Source: Psammoneis japonica (taxonomy: Eukaryota). From it: a stretch of DNA of 64,000 nt. The stretch is taken from assembly GCA_008632985.1 (NCBI GenBank), contig QPGO01000137.1:124001-188000 (forward strand), in the 5' to 3' direction. The position numbers and the translations under genes are program-made. The notes beneath the pieces are model-generated. The model had not been told where the DNA came from, searched no databases, and worked only from the letters and a program-made list of their open reading frames with translations. This document shows positions 61,701-64,000 of the stretch, one piece after another. How positions within the stretch are numbered: position 1 is the stretch's first letter; each line of letters opens with the position of its first letter.

Positions 61701-64000
61701 TACCTGTGAGATCTGTTGAGGGTTTCAACAGGTGAGAACGCCAAGGCCACACATTGCGACAGTGCGTTGCAGCGCCAAGGAACGAACGAAGCTGCTTGAT
61801 GTTTTCCGGAGGTTGCATTCGCAGGACAGCTTCCACCTTTTTCTTCCACGGATGAATTCCAGTCGGAGTTAGCCAATGCCCAAGGAAATCCGTTTCCTGC
61901 ACACACCATTCGCATTTCAAAGGATTTACTTTGAACCCAGCTTCTTCCAAGCATTGTAAGAGTTCATCAAGACGGTCAAGGTGAATGTCAAAGTTGTCAT
62001 CAAATTGAGCAAGATCATCAATGTGCGCGTCAACGTCCAAGTTGTGCACAGTTTTCTCAATCAAACATTGCGCAACATCTGGAGCTGGCTTCAGACCCAT
62101 TGCCAAATGGCAGCATCGGCACTTTCCAAAGGGTGTCACGATTGTCGTCAAATCCTTGGAGTCATCATCCAATTCGAATGCATGGCACATCATTGAGAGG
62201 TCCAATTTGGTCAAAAACTTGCACCCGGCTCTCTTCTGAAGCACATCTTGAATGATCGGCAAAGGACAAACCTTGCGCTTGAGGGCTTTGTTGAGTTCCC
62301 AAAAATTGCTGAGCCACCGCACTCGACCATCCTTCTTTGGCCGAATGAAAGTGCCAGCAGCCCATTCCGAAGTTCCGGCTTCTTCAAGAACGCCAAGAGC
62401 CACCAAGTGATCCAGTTCTCGTTTGAAAGTTTCAACATCATTGTGCGGCACTGCATGCACTCGAGAATGACAAGGAACAGCGTTGGGATCAATGTCAAGG
62501 TGAACTTTTTCGCCAGCATGCTTGCCGAGAGTGCCATCAAAAAGAGCAGTGTGTTTTTCCAATGCGAGGCGTAATTTTTCTTGTTGTTCGGCAGTGAGAT
62601 GCTTCTGAGCCGACGCTGCTTCAGAAGGGGACGTCTCCTCACACTTTGCATCGAGGATGTGGCTGTCCCATGCATCATCATCGTCAGCTGGCTCATCAGT
62701 CAAGTCGTCAAGCCACTGCTGGATGCCAATCCGATGGTTTCTTGGTTTCATTGCAATGCTTGAATCGAGCCACTTGACAGTTCCGTGTTCAAAATCTAAC
62801 GTGATGCCTGCTCTCGCCAAGAAGTCCTGTCCAAGGATCACATTGCACTGGCAAGGTGAGTCAAACACATGCGCATGCATGCCATCAACACGTTTGGTCT
62901 TGTCAAATTCAGGGAGCACCACATCCCGCAGTCAAACGTAATGAGCAGATTTGAATTCTCCCGCTGACGTCCGAAACTTCGCAACAATTGGTCCTGTGTC
63001 CTCCAATGCTGGTGCTGCTCCAACTGGCAACACCCGAGCATGAATCATTGAATGGGTTCCACCAGAGCTGAGTGACACCCGCATCACGTGCTTGCTTTCC
63101 TTATCTTGAATGAATCGCGCCGCGAACAAGGTTGCAGGGACCACGTTCAAAGGTTTGGTTGGTTTTGTTTTTGGGGTTGGCACAGCGCACTCAAGTCCCA
63201 CATCGTCTTCGTCATTCACAGTGTGATTTTCGAAATCGTCATCATCAAACAAATCAGCAGCATGCACATGACAATCATCAATGCAGTCAGCACAATCATC
63301 AAACACACAGGAATCAGGAGTGACACACTCGGACGACAGCTCTTCAAGCTCATTGGGTCAGCATCAACCGCGTCCCGAGAAGCGACCACCAGGTCGAAAA
63401 CTTCCCACTCCACCTCGATGCTCACGAGGCCCTCCCACAGAATCAAGATGATGGCTTTCAGCAGACCAATCATCAGGAGGAGCCATTCTGGCCAGATTGC
63501 CGTAACCGCCACCATCTGCATTGGTTTGGGTGTCGTTTTGATGTTGCATGCAGGAGCCACCATCTTCATGATGCTCGCCGCCATTGCCACCAGAGTTGCA
63601 GTTTCCTTGACCGCCACAATTTCCTTGGCCACCACCACGACCTTGACAGCCACGGCCTTGCCAACCATGACCTTGATTTCCACCATGACCATGACCTCCA
63701 CCGCGACCGCCACCTCGACCACCACGGCCACCACATCCACGACCGCCACGATCAGTTCTTGGACAGCAGTTGTTGGAGTCAGGATTCATGACGCAATCTT
63801 TCCACTTGTGATTGTGAGTGTGCAACGGACATTGGGTTTCTGGGTCAATGCGATTGCCTTTCTTCTTGTTCGAGCCGCCTTTAGACTGTCCATCTTTGCG
63901 CTTTTTCGACGTCTTCTTGTTCCCATCTGCAAACGATTTCTCCGTGCTCATGTGCGTGACTGTTTCCGCCAGTGTGTCATTTCCAATCGTGCGTCCTGCT
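58798..64000 (-). mobile_element. Ty3/Gypsy LTR retrotransposon (5' part outside the window); 3' LTR ~58798-59241
   Basis: Gag with CPLH..H.W..C and RGG tract (63364-63951), then protease, RT (LDLSM, TPFG, HIDD), RNase H (VYTDAS, EKELLA, TDHKNL) and integrase (HAG..R, DLIGP, DNGGEF, NPQAN..ER). PPT ggaagggaagag lies next to the LTR at 59241. The distal LTR end is approximate. Confidence 0.93.
59356..59802 (-). mobile_element. TRIM copy C, nested in the Gypsy 3' UTR
   Basis: Reverse complement of copies A and B; 4-bp TSD AAAA. Confidence 0.88.

Noticed and set aside
58798..64000. Classical fungal RIP or plain CpG deamination as the sole cause
   Set aside because: Both are C->T processes. RIP creates TpA, and CpG decay cannot turn TAY into TGY or CAY.

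Overview
Eukaryotic nuclear DNA, most likely from a pennate diatom (inferred from short GT-AG introns, signal peptide plus 'AF' plastid-targeting presequences and CoDi-like Copia elements). It has about 12 host genes: LON-N-like protein, a large plastid repeat protein, RPS18, a TylF methyltransferase, a metallophosphoesterase, kinesin-14, a triple beta-propeller, an ALMT-like transporter and several Golgi-type glyco-enzymes. These alternate with sharply bounded blocks of decayed repeats: a full Copia with LTRs and TSD, a Gypsy, a gag-only LTR element, three TRIM copies, MITEs and pseudogenes. The main signal is that TpA dinucleotides have been almost erased inside the repeat blocks by TA->TG / TA->CA transitions (A:T->G:C). 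Tyr codons have become Cys or His, including RT YxDD->HxDD, and TAA/TAG stops have been lost. The direction can be polarised with paralogous copies inside this window (TRIM LTRs, RPS18 duplicates). It is decoupled from CpG decay and spares genes and young MITEs. It looks like a repeat-targeted, RIP-like A-to-G hypermutation system of opposite polarity to fungal RIP. All counts were made by eye, with no database searches.
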